NCBI RefSeq assembly: GCF_006345805.1
Contig: NC_043000.1
Coordinates: 35,278,001 to 35,342,000, forward strand
Length of the DNA stretch: 64,000 bases
DNA from: Octopus sinensis
Taxonomy: Eukaryota
Direction of reading: 5' to 3'
The translations under genes and the position numbers were made by a program. The notes under the pieces are model-generated. The model was not told the origin of the DNA. It worked only from the letters and a program-made list of their open reading frames with translations, and ran no database searches. Positions 26,250 to 38,960 of this stretch are shown here, piece after piece (position 1 is the first letter of the stretch; each line of letters starts with the position of its first letter).

Positions 26250-26662
26250 ACTAAAGTTTTTTTGCCGACATAACATGGCAGTCCTGGTTTAGGATGAATG
26301 TTGCTGTAATTTAGTCCCAGGAGATATCATCTCCAGCTGACTATACAACACGATCTGTGTCCTTATATTTTCAAACAAGGGAATCTAGCACCCTCACCCA
26401 GCTCAAAACAATATCTGTGTATCGTGATTCCGGGTTATTTCCCTTCATCAGCACAGAATAATGGTTCAACTAGAGGTGTTTACCAACATAACATGGCAGT
26501 CCTGGTTTAGGACGAATGTTGCTGTAATTTAGCCCCAGGAGACATCATCTCCAGCTGGCTATATGACATGATCTATGTCCTTATGTGATGTGTTGACAAA
26601 CAATCTTTACTACAAAGTACTGTTGCTGAATATCTCATGTTGTGAGATTTAAAAATAGTAAT
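26250..26662 (-). mobile_element. Penelope-like repeat, family 2 (partly duplicated, carries a hammerhead-like motif)
   Basis: Shares acataacatggcagtcctggtttagga... and the end gtactgttgctgaatatctc...gagatttaaaaatagtaa with 58896-59333 in the opposite orientation. Confidence 0.65.
26414..26457 (-). ncRNA. Variant minimal hammerhead motif
   Basis: The minus strand reads UCUGUG-CUGAUGA-A-GGG(aaauaa)CCC-GGAA-UCACGA-UA-CACAGA: perfect 6-bp stem I, with GGAA in place of GAAA. Confidence 0.5.
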
Positions 26663-27037
26663 TAGCACAATAGTTCTAATCAAACTTGTTTCAAAAATTA
26701 ACAATTTACTCAATGAGATAAATAAACTTATAAAGATTCATAAAGATAATGAAACTGAATTAAAAACTGATTAAATTAATCATAGCAATAAATCTACTGA
26801 GTGAAGCCCCTTTTGTCACCGTCTTCAAAGTAGAATTCACTCCCAACACATATCCATGTAACAGTGCTCAATATACACCCCCCACCCCATCCTCCCTCAA
26901 ACTGCATAATATCTCTGATAAATGCCTACAAGAATAGCTAACAATTAGAGATTATCATCATCACACAAGACACAGCAGAGAGAAATGGTTCACTGTCAGC
27001 TGAAGAGGTGAAAGGACCCTGAGAGCTTAAAAAAAGA

Positions 27038-27127
27038 GATGATGTTTTCACTTTTGATGTAGGAAGTCTGTTTACTAATATTCGAATGGCAGAAATAATA
27101 CAAGCCATATTAAACAACAGACTATAA
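27038..27127 (+). pseudogene. Penelope-like RT fragment
   Basis: Translates DDVFTFDVGSLFTNIRMAEIIQAIL, resembling the PLE RT motif (S)FDVxSLFTNIP..E.I..I. Confidence 0.5.
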
Positions 27128-28333
27128 CTATTTTGATATCAGTTGATGTTCTGAAGAAAAGATTGTGTAATGTACAACAGAATTATCTTTTGCTGTCCCT
27201 AAGGTAAATGGTTCACTTCACATCACAGTATTCTTTGAGACTACAACAAAATTGTGGTGACAAGACAAAAGTACAAAATATACACCAGATCAATCTATTC
27301 TTGTATTGATATACCCGAAAGATATCTATTCTAAGCCTCTTATTTCCCCATCATTTCTTTTATTCATCATACCCTCCATAACTAAGAGGACAGTACTTGA
27401 TTTGTACACATTGAATATCTCCTGCTCCCAAACTCTCTCACTCTCTTTTCTCTTTCCTCCTAAATTTTGCTGCTTCACTGGGATGGGATGATGGCTTCTG
27501 GCAACTTTTACACACCCTCCAAGGTTCTCTTGGATATGCTGCCTTAGCCCCACTCTGCCCACCCATATATAACACGGGGCACTACTGAATCTTCTCTAAT
27601 TTAACCCCATCTCCCTCACCATCCTATAAACCCTCCCCACCTCCCATGCTATCCATGAGAGATTGGAGCCAGAAGTGCTCCTCCAACTTCTCAAATCCCA
27701 TTAACTCATCCTACAAATGTCAGCATAGAAAACAGATGTAAAATGATGACGATAATGGTGATGATGTTGTATGCACACTCTATACATGTCTGAGTATATG
27801 TACACACTGTTATCCTCCTCCTACTCATCCTCATCATCACTTAACATTGGTCCTCCATCCTGCCATGGGTTCGATGGTTTGATGGCATCCAACAAGCTGC
27901 AGGGCGTGTCATGCTTCAGTGTGTGCTTCAGCATAGTCTCTACTTCTGGATGCCCTTCTGAATACCAACCCCTACTTTTTTCTTCTTTCATGGTATAAGC
28001 CCTAGTGAGGTAACCAAGTAACTTCCAAGACAAGCCCCCCCCCCCATCAACTGAGTTAAGGTACAGTAGAGAGGAAGGTTGCTTTATGCCTGGTGTTGAG
28101 AGACTAAAGTATGAAGGAGGGACAGGAAGAGGTTACTTTTCATTGTATATGGGGGTAGGAGTAGCTAGGTTGGAGCTGGAAAGAAATAAAGAGGATATTG
28201 CTACACTACATTCTCCGTTGTACAACTGTTTCTCATCCTGTTGTATTGCTTCCGTTGCCTCACTGCAACACCCTGTCTGACTCCTTCCATCACACCTTCT
28301 ATGATGAGTTTCTGTCTTTTCTCACACTTTCAG

Positions 28334-28435
28334 GCCATCATAGAATCTCCACATCGACAATTAACATTGAGTGAAATCTATCAGTGGTTCGCAAACACAT
28401 TTGCTTATTTCCGGCGGAATGAAGCTACGTGGAAG
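28334..28435 (+). CDS. FoxP: FoxP exon: forkhead helices 1-2 ([34 protein letters not shown])
   Basis: Acceptor cactttcAG ends at 28333 and donor AAG|GTAAAT is at 28436. 102 nt, phase 0/0. Contains the FoxP-type FAYFRR hinge. Confidence 0.97.
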
Positions 28436-30094
28436 GTAAATATACAAGATTTTCCTCAACATCAACAAAATTTAATATATGTTGTTGTTGTTGTTGTTAT
28501 CAAAATTAATGTTTCTGTTAATTTTTCAATGTAATTTAAAAACACTTCAGTGAACTGAATGCTTCTCTTTTCTTCCTCAAATATCAATCAATGTATCCTT
28601 TGTATTAGAGTTTATTTCTCTTTGCTTAATGAATTGTTTGCCTTCAAATTCAACATTCTAAACCACATGTTGCTCCACCAGCTTTATTTTGACTTAAATA
28701 TTTATTGCAGTTTTCAGTAATACATAATGCTGTGTAATTTTTGTTTTCAATATTGAAAGATGTTCGTATTCTGAAGAGTAGCTCACTGTTTATGTCATTA
28801 ATGTTAGTTTAGTTTTAACTCTTTCTTTTCATATCAATCTAATGACAGACTCACCTGTAGATCAAACACATTCTTTGGGATTCTAGTTTTGAGTGGGGGT
28901 TAAGTATTATAGAGTGTTTAAAATGTAGCTAAAAAAAATTCCATAATTTAGCAACAAGATGGAATTAATATCAAGTCAAATCTAGAAATTAGCAACAGGA
29001 TATGTCCAAAAATTAGCAACCACATGGATTAAATTAGCCTATAAATTTAGTAGCAAGATATGTTCCGAAATTAGCAGCAAAATGTTTATGAATTAGCAAC
29101 AAAATAAGTCAGTAAATTTAGCAACAAATGTATGTAAACTAGCTTTGAATGTTGGAAATATTTCATTTGTGTTGCTAATGGCTTCATGAAGAGCATGAAT
29201 GTGAAAACTTCCCTATTTCTGCTGTCTTTGAAATAAGAAAAGCCATCATTCTTTCAGATATCAAGTGTGTGTTTGTATGCTCATCATCATAATTTAACAT
29301 CCACATTCCATGTTAGTGTGGTTGGACAGTTTGACAGTTCCGCAAACTAAGTTGAACTCCATTGTCTACTTTGGCCTGTGTTCTACTGCTGGATGTCCTT
29401 CCTAATGTCAACTACTCCTCTGCTGTGTGTACTGGGTGCTTTTGTCTTTTTTTTTTCATGGCTCCAGCTCTAGGGAAGTTGCCATTTAGCTTACAAGACT
29501 AAGATCCTTTTTGACTGAGAAGGGTTACAATAGAGAGGGAGGTGGCTTTATGCTCTGTGATGAAAGGTTGAAATTTGAGAAAAACTTGAGTAGGCTTCTT
29601 AATGTAGAAGAGCTGCTTGTCTATTCACATTATAAGAGGGAAGGTGAGAGTGGCTGGGGTGGAGTTGGAGAGAGAGGATGTGTCAAGGAGATACAATGTA
29701 AGGTAGAAATGCATGTCATTTAGTCTGTTCGTGATCTCATTACACCTTTTGTGTGTCTATAGCTTACACTGGGTATAACAAAAGGAGTTTATATCCACCC
29801 CTTTTTTGTGTATTGAATAAAACCATCTTCCAGGTGATACAGAATCCTATCTTTGTTTCTATTTAGTCTTTGCTAAGCTTGTCTTGAGGCCTCTCAGTTC
29901 TAGGTTCAGCTTTTTTATTGCATATCAAGCAGGGCCTCTTTCCAGAAAGCAAGAGACTCTCTTATCCTCTTTCCTTTCAATGTTTGTCTTTACTCATAAG
30001 ATCTCACAAGTCTAAGTTTTGTTTCCATTTTTGGAATATCTTTTCTGATCCTTTGGCAGATTTTGCTATAGGTATTATGCTACTAACAAACAAG

Positions 30095-31430
30095 TTCTGG
30101 ACAGCATATTGTAGAGCAGGTAACTGAAATAGGCATGAGGAGGCTAAGGGCTGATCCCTGTAAAGTAAATTCCTTGCTGAACTTATTGGATAACTGTCAT
30201 CCTGTCAGCAACTTTGTACACATTATTCATGACTGTCACATCTAAACCTTATTCTTTTAGTGACTATAAGACTACAGAGTGTGGTATTCTGTTAAAGACC
30301 TTCTCTAGGTCCACAAAATTCAAGGTATAGTAACTTGCACTTTGCTAAGAACTCCTGTACTCAACCCACATCTACACCCAACTACTCCAGTATCTTTTCA
30401 ATCTCTCTAGACTTACCTTTCATTGTGTCAATGTTGATAATGTCAGCTCTTCTATGACAGGGTGACTCGAGTTTCCGATGGTTTTGGGTTGTTTGATGTT
30501 TATTTTCAGGATCTGAAAGGAAGAGAGATGATGCAGTTATTTGACTATGTTGAAGGGGTCTCACACTTGGCCTAATGTGTGAGACCCCTTGGCCTAATGT
30601 TTCCAGCCAGCTGTCTGTGTAGTACTGATATGGTAGGTGTTAGCCCACCTCACAGCATTGACTAAATATATTTTGTCACCCTCCTCCATCACTATCCCTC
30701 AGTTGTTGTGACAGATCACACTGCTACATGTGTTTGTGTGCATGTGCTCATTATTCTCAACATCTGAGGGGTAAATGTATCACTCTCATTTCAAATGCCC
30801 CTCCCACCTACCATCAAATGCTCTGATTGTCACTGACTCACTCAGCTACTTTGCAATCCAGAACACTTCACACCTTTCAACCCCCTAATTACAAAACATT
30901 GGTAAACTTGTTGCTTTTCACTCCTCTCCGTCTGTTCTGTATAATAAACCTGACGTCTAGCTTCTCTTATAACTATTTAACATTGTTCACAGTTGCTTCG
31001 ATTCTTCCTGTCCTTTTAGGTTTGTCTTTCAGATTCTGTGGCTCTCTTTACAGTCAGATTCCACTCTCGTGTTACCTCCTCCATGTTTATAAGTCTCTAA
31101 CTTCTCCTCCCTCTCATTTTACCTAAACTCTTATGGAACCTACACTTAACTGAGGGATCTTTTAGCTTCCCTATCTTTCATTTTCTGATTGTCTTGTGGT
31201 TCTCAGTCTGTCTGCGGTTGATGCTCATTATTCTATGCAGAGTGATATTAAATCCTTCTCCCAGGAAAGACTTAGTATTCACAACCAGTTCATTCCTTTC
31301 TTCGTGAAAATAAAGTCTTTCTGGTTCATGTGGTCACCTGGTTGGTGAGAAATCAGATGACTTGTTGGAGGAGGGTCTTCTTCATTTACATCACAGAATT
31401 CCAGAAGCCTTGTTTCCACCTCATTCTTCA
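30095..31430 (-). mobile_element. Decayed RTE LINE (endonuclease and RT remnants)
   Basis: Minus-strand FVDLEKVFNRIPH and QGSALS-like text near 30100-30360, plus RLLEFCD...HLISHQPG...QKDFIF (ORF 31279-31515). Confidence 0.55.
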
Positions 31431-34169
31431 TAGTCATTACATATTTTAGAGTGACCATTATAGTGTTGCCAGCACCCTCCCCCACTCCCTCATATACTTG
31501 CACACACACACCCATGTTTCAATTTCTTAGTCCTCAGAAATCATATTTTATCCTTCCCTTAATATGTAAATAATTTATTCTTAATTTCTTGAAATTATCT
31601 CCCTTCCTCCTTCAAAGTCACTAACTATTGCATTTAATTTGTATTTTCTATTTTCCCACTTCAAAGGAAATTTCTAAAAATTCAATATTTACTGTGTCAT
31701 TCACTACTCCATCTTTTAACTTAATTATACATTTCCTCCTATTGTTCTCCTCAGCTATTTACCTTAGCTCTAGGTATTTTTTTTTTCCCATATGCAAATT
31801 ACTCTCGATCACTGCCATCAAATTGATACTGTGCTATAATTGTTACAAAAATTAACATTTAAAACAGTAATAATTAATTTCACAATTTATGCAGATTTGA
31901 TGCTAATTCCTGACCACAATTCCACTCTCAGGGTCCCATATAAATATACAGTACCCTTTAGAGATATGCAGTGTACTGCACAGGTACACTGTCATATTTA
32001 ATTGAACTTCCCTGAAGTTTATGGCCCTTTTTCTTTATCCACCTAAAATTAATGGATATATAGTTCTGAGCCACATAAAGCACACCCAGTACATTCTATA
32101 AAATGGTTGGTATTTGGAAGGGCGTCCAGCCATAGAAACCGAGTCAAATCAGGCTGGAACTTCATGCAGCTCTCCTGCTTGCCAACTCATGTTGAACCAT
32201 CCTACCTATGCCAGCATGAAACACAGATGTTTAATAATGATGATGATGATGGTATAGTCTTGTTATGTCTAGTGTCAGTTTATGTGTTGTTACACTAATT
32301 GTTTCAATGGTTAAATAAGAGGAAGAATAGCCCTATTTATAGCTCTCTTTTGTAGAATCTCCAAAATTGGTGTGGCGGGAAATGAAATTCCTCAAAGACC
32401 AGAAATATGAGTGAATGCTCGTAACAGAGCAGATACCCCTAAAGATAGTCTAGGTCCATCTGGTGATGTTAATCTGAGCAATAGATTAAATCTTCTGACC
32501 AAGAACCACGAGACTCAGGCTTCCACACAGTTTCCATCTGTGGAATTTCACTCAACAAAGCTTTGGTTGATCTAAAGTTGTGATAGAAGATACTTGCTTA
32601 AGAAGGGACATTATGAGATTGAACCCAAAACCATTAGGTTGTAAAGTGAACTATTCAACCACACAACCACCAGTGCTGGAGCCACTCTGTGAAGTCGTTG
32701 GCATTAGGAAGGGTGTCCAGCCATAGAAATTATGCCAAAACAGACAATTGAAGCCTGGTGTAGTTCTTTGGCTGTCCAGCTCCTGCCAAACCATCTTAAC
32801 CCATACAAGCATGGAAAATGGCTGCTAAATGATGATGATGATGATGATGATGAGTCAAGTCTGACTGTAAATATTTTGTTATGTAAACTTTCTAAATATT
32901 CGAAGAACATTCCAACTTTAATATTCTTTAAAATGTTGAATCAATTTTCCAATTGGTTGGTTCTCTTTGATTCAACAACATTCTTTCATGTTTGCCCTTT
33001 ATATCACATGTGGTATTACACATGTAGCAGTTGCCTTAAGCCACCAGTCATTGAATGGCTTTCCTTTTATACTTTGTTTGCAAGAAACCCTGCTGCTGCT
33101 GCTGTGTAAAGTGAATAAGACTTGTGAAGGAAAATTGGATCTTCACAGACAGATGTAAGGATTATGATGTTGAAGAGATATTGGGTTAGAGAAACATTTA
33201 ATCTTTGTTGACATGTGAAATTGATGTTAAAACAATAATAATGATATCAACATAAAACACACACACACACACACACACATCATCATCATCATCATCATCA
33301 TTGATGCAGTCAGAGGTGTGAAACGTTACTATTCCATATGTAAGCAGTTCTCCATTGTTGGTACATTTGAATTTAATGCAGGGTTTAATATATAGTAATT
33401 AGCAATGTAAATTTATTTGCTGTCATTTTAGGGTGGTTGTGTGGGAGAGAGAAATGACTAACTGATAGAGAGTGAATGACAAATGAAGTAAAATGAAAGT
33501 GAATGGAAGGATGAGGTGTTTTGTCATATTGCTCTGATGGCAAACTGTGAAAGAGAAAATTAAAATAGTGTTTAAAGCAGGACACAATCTTTATATAGTG
33601 ATGAATAATGATAGAAAATATTAAAAAATTTTTATGGAATTTACAATTTTTCTGTGAATATTGGGATAAAAGAATTACTGAAATAATAATAATTAGGTGT
33701 AAATCTTTCAATGTTAAGTTGTATTGTAATATTTTTATAGATTATAATATCATGATTGTTAATTAAATTTTCATAACTAACATTAAAACAGTAAAAATTT
33801 TTCAATTTTTGTAGCCCAAGTGTTTATGTGTTGTATACCTTTGCTATTAACTGTTTGCACACATGCATGCACATTTACAAATTATTGGTCTCAGACTTTC
33901 ACCTAAGTTCTAAGTAATACTTTAGTAATAAAGTACAAAGTCTTTAGGGAAAAAATTAATGGTTTCATCTGTCATTCTCTACAGTTAATAAAACTGCTGT
34001 CATTGTTTATGACGTGGATATACTAGGAATTATCACATATGTTGTTTTGTGTTTGGAATTGTGGTTAAAGAGACTCGGATTTGTGTGAATGTTAAATATC
34101 AGTCTATGATGTTCATCTCTTTACCAAAGTCATTTGTTGTCTAAAGAAAAATGGGCGAATCAGTTAACT

Positions 34170-35442
34170 ATTGGGTTAACTATTTTAATGTTGGATTTGT
34201 AGATTAAATATTGGATTAACCAGTTGAAGTTTGGATTTGTAGATTAAATATTGAATTAACCAGTTGAAGTTTGGATTTGTAGATTAAATATTGGATTAAC
34301 CAGTTTAATGTTGGATTTGTAGATTAAATATTGGATTAACCAGTTTAATGTTGGATTTGTAGATTAAATATTGGATTAACCAGTTTAATGTTGGATTTGT
34401 AGATTAAATATTGGATTAACCAGTTTAATGTTGGATTTGTAGATTAAATATTGGATTAACCAATTTAAGTTTGAATTTGTAGATTAAATATTGGATTAAC
34501 CAATTTAAGTTTGGATTTGTAGATTAAATATTGGATTAACCAGTTTAATGTTGGATTTGTAGATTAAATATTGGATTAACCAGTTGAAGTTTGGATTTGT
34601 CGATTAAATATTGGATTAACCAGTTTAATGTTGGATTTGTAGATTAAATATTGGATTAACCAGTTTAATGTTGGATTTGTAGATTAAATATTGGATTAAC
34701 CAGTTTAATGTTGGATTTGTAGATTAAATATTGGATTAACCAGTTTAATGTTGGATTTGTAGATTAAATATTGGATTAACCAATTTAAGTTTGAATTTGT
34801 AGATTAAATATTGGATTAACCAATTTAAGTTTGGATTTGTAGATTAAATATTGGATTAACCAATTTAATGTTGGATTTATAGATTAAATATTGGATTAAC
34901 CAGTTTAATGTTGAATTTGTAGATTAAATATTGGATTAACCAGTTTAATGTTGGATTTGTAGATTAAATATTGGATTAACCAGTTTAATGTTGGTTTTGT
35001 AGATTAAATATTGGATTAACCAGTTTAATGTTGGATTTGTAGATTAAATATTGGATTAACCAATTTAAGTTTGGATTTGTAGATTAAATATTGGATTAAC
35101 CAATTTAATGTTGGATTTGTGGATTAGATTTTGGATTAACCAGTTTAATGTTGGATTTATAGATTAAATATTGGATTAACCAGTTTAATGTTGAATTTGT
35201 AGATTAAATATTGGATTAACCAGTTTAATGTTGGATTTATAGATTAAATATTGGATTAACCAGTTGAAGTTGGATTTGTAGATTAATATTGGATTAACCA
35301 GTTTATGTTGGATTTGTAGATTAAATATTGGATTAACCAGTTTAATGTTGGATTTATAGATTAAATATTGGATTAACCAATTTAAGTTTGGATTTGTAGA
35401 TTAAATATTGGATTAACCAGTTTAATGTTGGATTTGTAGATA
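34170..35442. repeat. 40-bp minisatellite, about 32 units
   Basis: Unit ttggatttgtagattaaatattggattaaccagtttaatg, with a 120-nt (3-unit) column periodicity visible across lines. Confidence 0.97.
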
Positions 35443-35780
35443 GAATATCCCAGTTTATGGTCATGAAGTGTTCTGCTGGAGTTTTCATAAGTCTTTGGAT
35501 ATAAAACATATTTTCTCATTGCTCGCTTACCTCAGTCACCCAACTGTTAGAAATTAGTAATAGAACTAAAATAGTTGTGGATTAATCTATAATCTGATTA
35601 AAGTAAGTGAAATTGGGATTCCAGTGATCCACAGGATCAGTGGATATTCTATGTCTAATAGATCTTATTTCTATTTTAATGCATAAATTTATATTTTTAA
35701 TCAATGTTTGACTCTGTCCAACATTTTTATTTTGTCTTCACTTGTGTCCCATAGTTAAAGTTATTAAAGTGACATACAAC

Positions 35781-35813
<33 letters not shown>

Positions 35814-38399
35814 GTAATAATAATAATAATAGTAATAAAGATGGGTGGCCTTACAGATCACCTGGGTTTATACAGAAATCACCATCATCATCTGTTACTG
35901 TCCATGCTGGTATCAAACAGGTGATTACTGTCTAAGCCAGATTCTATTAGGGGCTAACTGTCCTCCTAGACAGTTTGAGGATTATGTTTTGTTCAATCAT
36001 TTTTAGCATAGTTCCCATAGCTGGGTGCCCTTCTTAAAAGCAACCCTTTTACAGAATGTATTCATCACATTTTACCATGGCACCAACACTAGAGAGAGAG
36101 TATCTTGTTCCCAGCAAGACTAAAGAGTTCCCTCTTTTCTATCCTGTTTCCATTCATTTAAAGCAATGAAATGGAAATAGCTCAATATCATAAATTGAAA
36201 TGATTCACAGATTTATACCACAGGAAGCCTACGTTGACTCAGTAAGTAAGCTCTCAATATTTTATGGAAGTGAAAAGGTAAGACATGGAAACTGTAAATT
36301 CCTATCTGAAATAGTTTGAAAATTTCTTCCCTCTGGTAATTAAGTTTAGATCCTGCTGGGGGTGTATTTAACCTTTCAGCATCCAAGAGATAATGAAATA
36401 AATACCAGTGGAACACATTACGGTCCATTCAATCAAGAGAACCATATTATATAAATTTTTAGTTTGTGCGAAACGTAAATGTTTGTCACTTTGGTCCTAA
36501 TTATTATTAGTATTAATAACATTTATGATGCCTTACTCTATACAAGTGTTGGGTGGATGTGGAGTACAATATTGGGTGGAATAAGGGTACAACAGCAAGT
36601 GGAATAAATGATAATGGATTGAATCAGTATCCTTTATGCTGTTTATTCACATCATCCTGAGCCCAAAACTGATCCAAGTTAAATTCCTTTTCATCTTTTC
36701 CAAGTCCATAAAATGTCAAACCAGTTACATATTGCCCTTGATTGAAGCAACCCTAACCCTTCCCTCTGTCCTGGTTTCTAAAGTATTATTATTATTATTA
36801 TTGAAGGTGAAAAGTTGGCAGGCAATATACTTAGCAGCATTTCTTCTGGCCCTAAATTCTGAGGTTGACTTCGCCTTTCATCCTCTCCGGGTTGATGAAA
36901 TCAGTACCAGTTGGGCACTGGGGTCTATGTAATCGACTAGCCCCTGTTCCTAACATTTCAGGCCTTGTGTCTATAGTTGAAAGGATTATTATTATTGTTA
37001 TTATTATTATTAATAATATTATTATTATTATTATTTTGTTGCTGTGTTGATCTTTCAACTGGTTCTGTTACAAACCTGTAATGTAAAATCTATCTCTTTA
37101 GAGATGTTGTTTATTGAAGCTGTCTGTTCAAATTTTAAAAACTAACAAATCAATGTATTTTTTGTTGTGATTGATTTTTTTTTCTTTCTTTGTTTCAATG
37201 TTGTTTAATTAATTCCTCACCCATTGAATATTTATCCCTCTGTCTCTGACTGTGTATATTATATTTTGTATTTTACAGCACATTTAAAATCTCTTTCTTT
37301 CTTTCTCTCTCTCCTCTCTCACTCTCTATTATCTTTCTTCACACACTCACACACAAATCTATACATGTGTTTTTCTCTTAAATGTCTCCCTTCGCAAACA
37401 TTGTTTCTCTTCCCTAAATATGTTTCGGTTTATGTCTATTGCAATATTAATGAATTTCTTTCAGATTTATAATTTATAACAATTTTTATTCTTGTTGCTT
37501 ATTTCAAAATATATTTTTTTTCCTAAAGTGGGATTGGGAAATCCTATTAAGTCGGTTTATAAAATCATAAGTTGTTTGGATTTTTTAAAAAATCCGGTTA
37601 TTGTTATCAAGTGGTCTTGAAGACTACAGGTTCTGTGTGATATCCCTGTAAATATAGTCCTAGTTTATTATTAGTGATGGTAGGCAGTGGCTACTGCTTT
37701 ATTTAGAGAGTATCTGTAGTTCTATCAGTGCTTCTCTTTCCTAGTGTCCTGCATACTGTAGTCAGAACTGCTTTTGCATGGACTAATTGGCAGCATTACC
37801 ACAGCCATGGGATCATGTTTACAAATCCAAAACTGGGATCAGTTTTTTTTTTTGTTTATTTGCGTAGTTTAATGTATTATCTTAGTAGTTCTGTGACAGA
37901 CCTAGAAATGCACAGACTTCCATCAACTTTAAACTATTCATAAATCAGAACAACAAACATGTTACAGTAATATCGTATTTCAACACTTTTCCATGTTCAA
38001 TGTTTTGTCTATCAAACTCTGTTTTCTCTTCTCATAAAAATACAATATTGATTCAAAATTACTGAATAAGATATAAATGTTTGGTTTGTTGTGGAAGGGA
38101 AAACTTTTAGCATTTGAATTCTAGATTCATATAATGCTTCAGCTTTTTTTGGTCAGTAAATTTAAACTTGTTAGGTTTATGGATTTCTGAAGGGTTTTGA
38201 TGGAATATTTCTATGTGGGATTTAAAACAAGGTAGGGTAGGTGCTTCATTAAGAACTGAGCTCTTCACAGTGCTTTCATAAATTTTTGAAACACTTCAAT
38301 ATTTGCCCAGCAGTGATGCTGGTGGTCCCAAATGCCAACAGGACAAAGACACAAGTACTGCTCATACCAAGAACACACTATTATACCCGACCCTTTCTG

Positions 38400-38960
38400 A
38401 ACATGAAAACTCACATCTGAAACCCCTCACCATTCACTACAAATGCTAAGATCTCCCAACAAGGCCAAAGAGTGTTTCACAGAGTTTGGACATTGTCTTC
38501 AGAGCTGTCAGAGGATGTTTCATTGTTCCGCTAATGACTAAATTCTCTGCAACCTCAGGTGATAACCCCAACAGAGTCCTGCTCTTTTATCTGGATTGGT
38601 GCTGCTACGAGACACAGAGACATCCTAGACTGCTGCTAAAGAAAGCCTTCCAAGCTAATTACAATGGAGCCACTTTCCATCCTTTGACATACAGACATGC
38701 TGTATCTGCTCCCCCCTACCTTTTCTACCACTACTATCGTGGCCTCTGCTCCTTAGAGTAGGTTGATATTATCCTGCTTCAAGTCACGTAATCCGGATTT
38801 AGTCTCTTCTTCTCATCACCCATACTCTCTCCACCCCACTCACATCGATTACTTTACCCACTCTTTCTTCTCTAGAATGTCCCCCCTCTGAAATTCCTTC
38901 TGTGTCCAACATTTTCTGGAGTCATCAACTTTCAGTTGTTCAGTAAAAAGTTAACGATGA
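38400..38960 (+). mobile_element. Decayed non-LTR retrotransposon RT C-terminus
   Basis: Peptide HPLTYRHAVSAPPYLFYHYYRGLCS and upstream IW.GAA-like text resemble L2/Jockey-group C-termini. Confidence 0.45.

Noticed and set aside
34170-35442. CRISPR-like regular array
   Set aside because: Head-to-tail units with no unique spacers, in a eukaryotic intron. It is a minisatellite.
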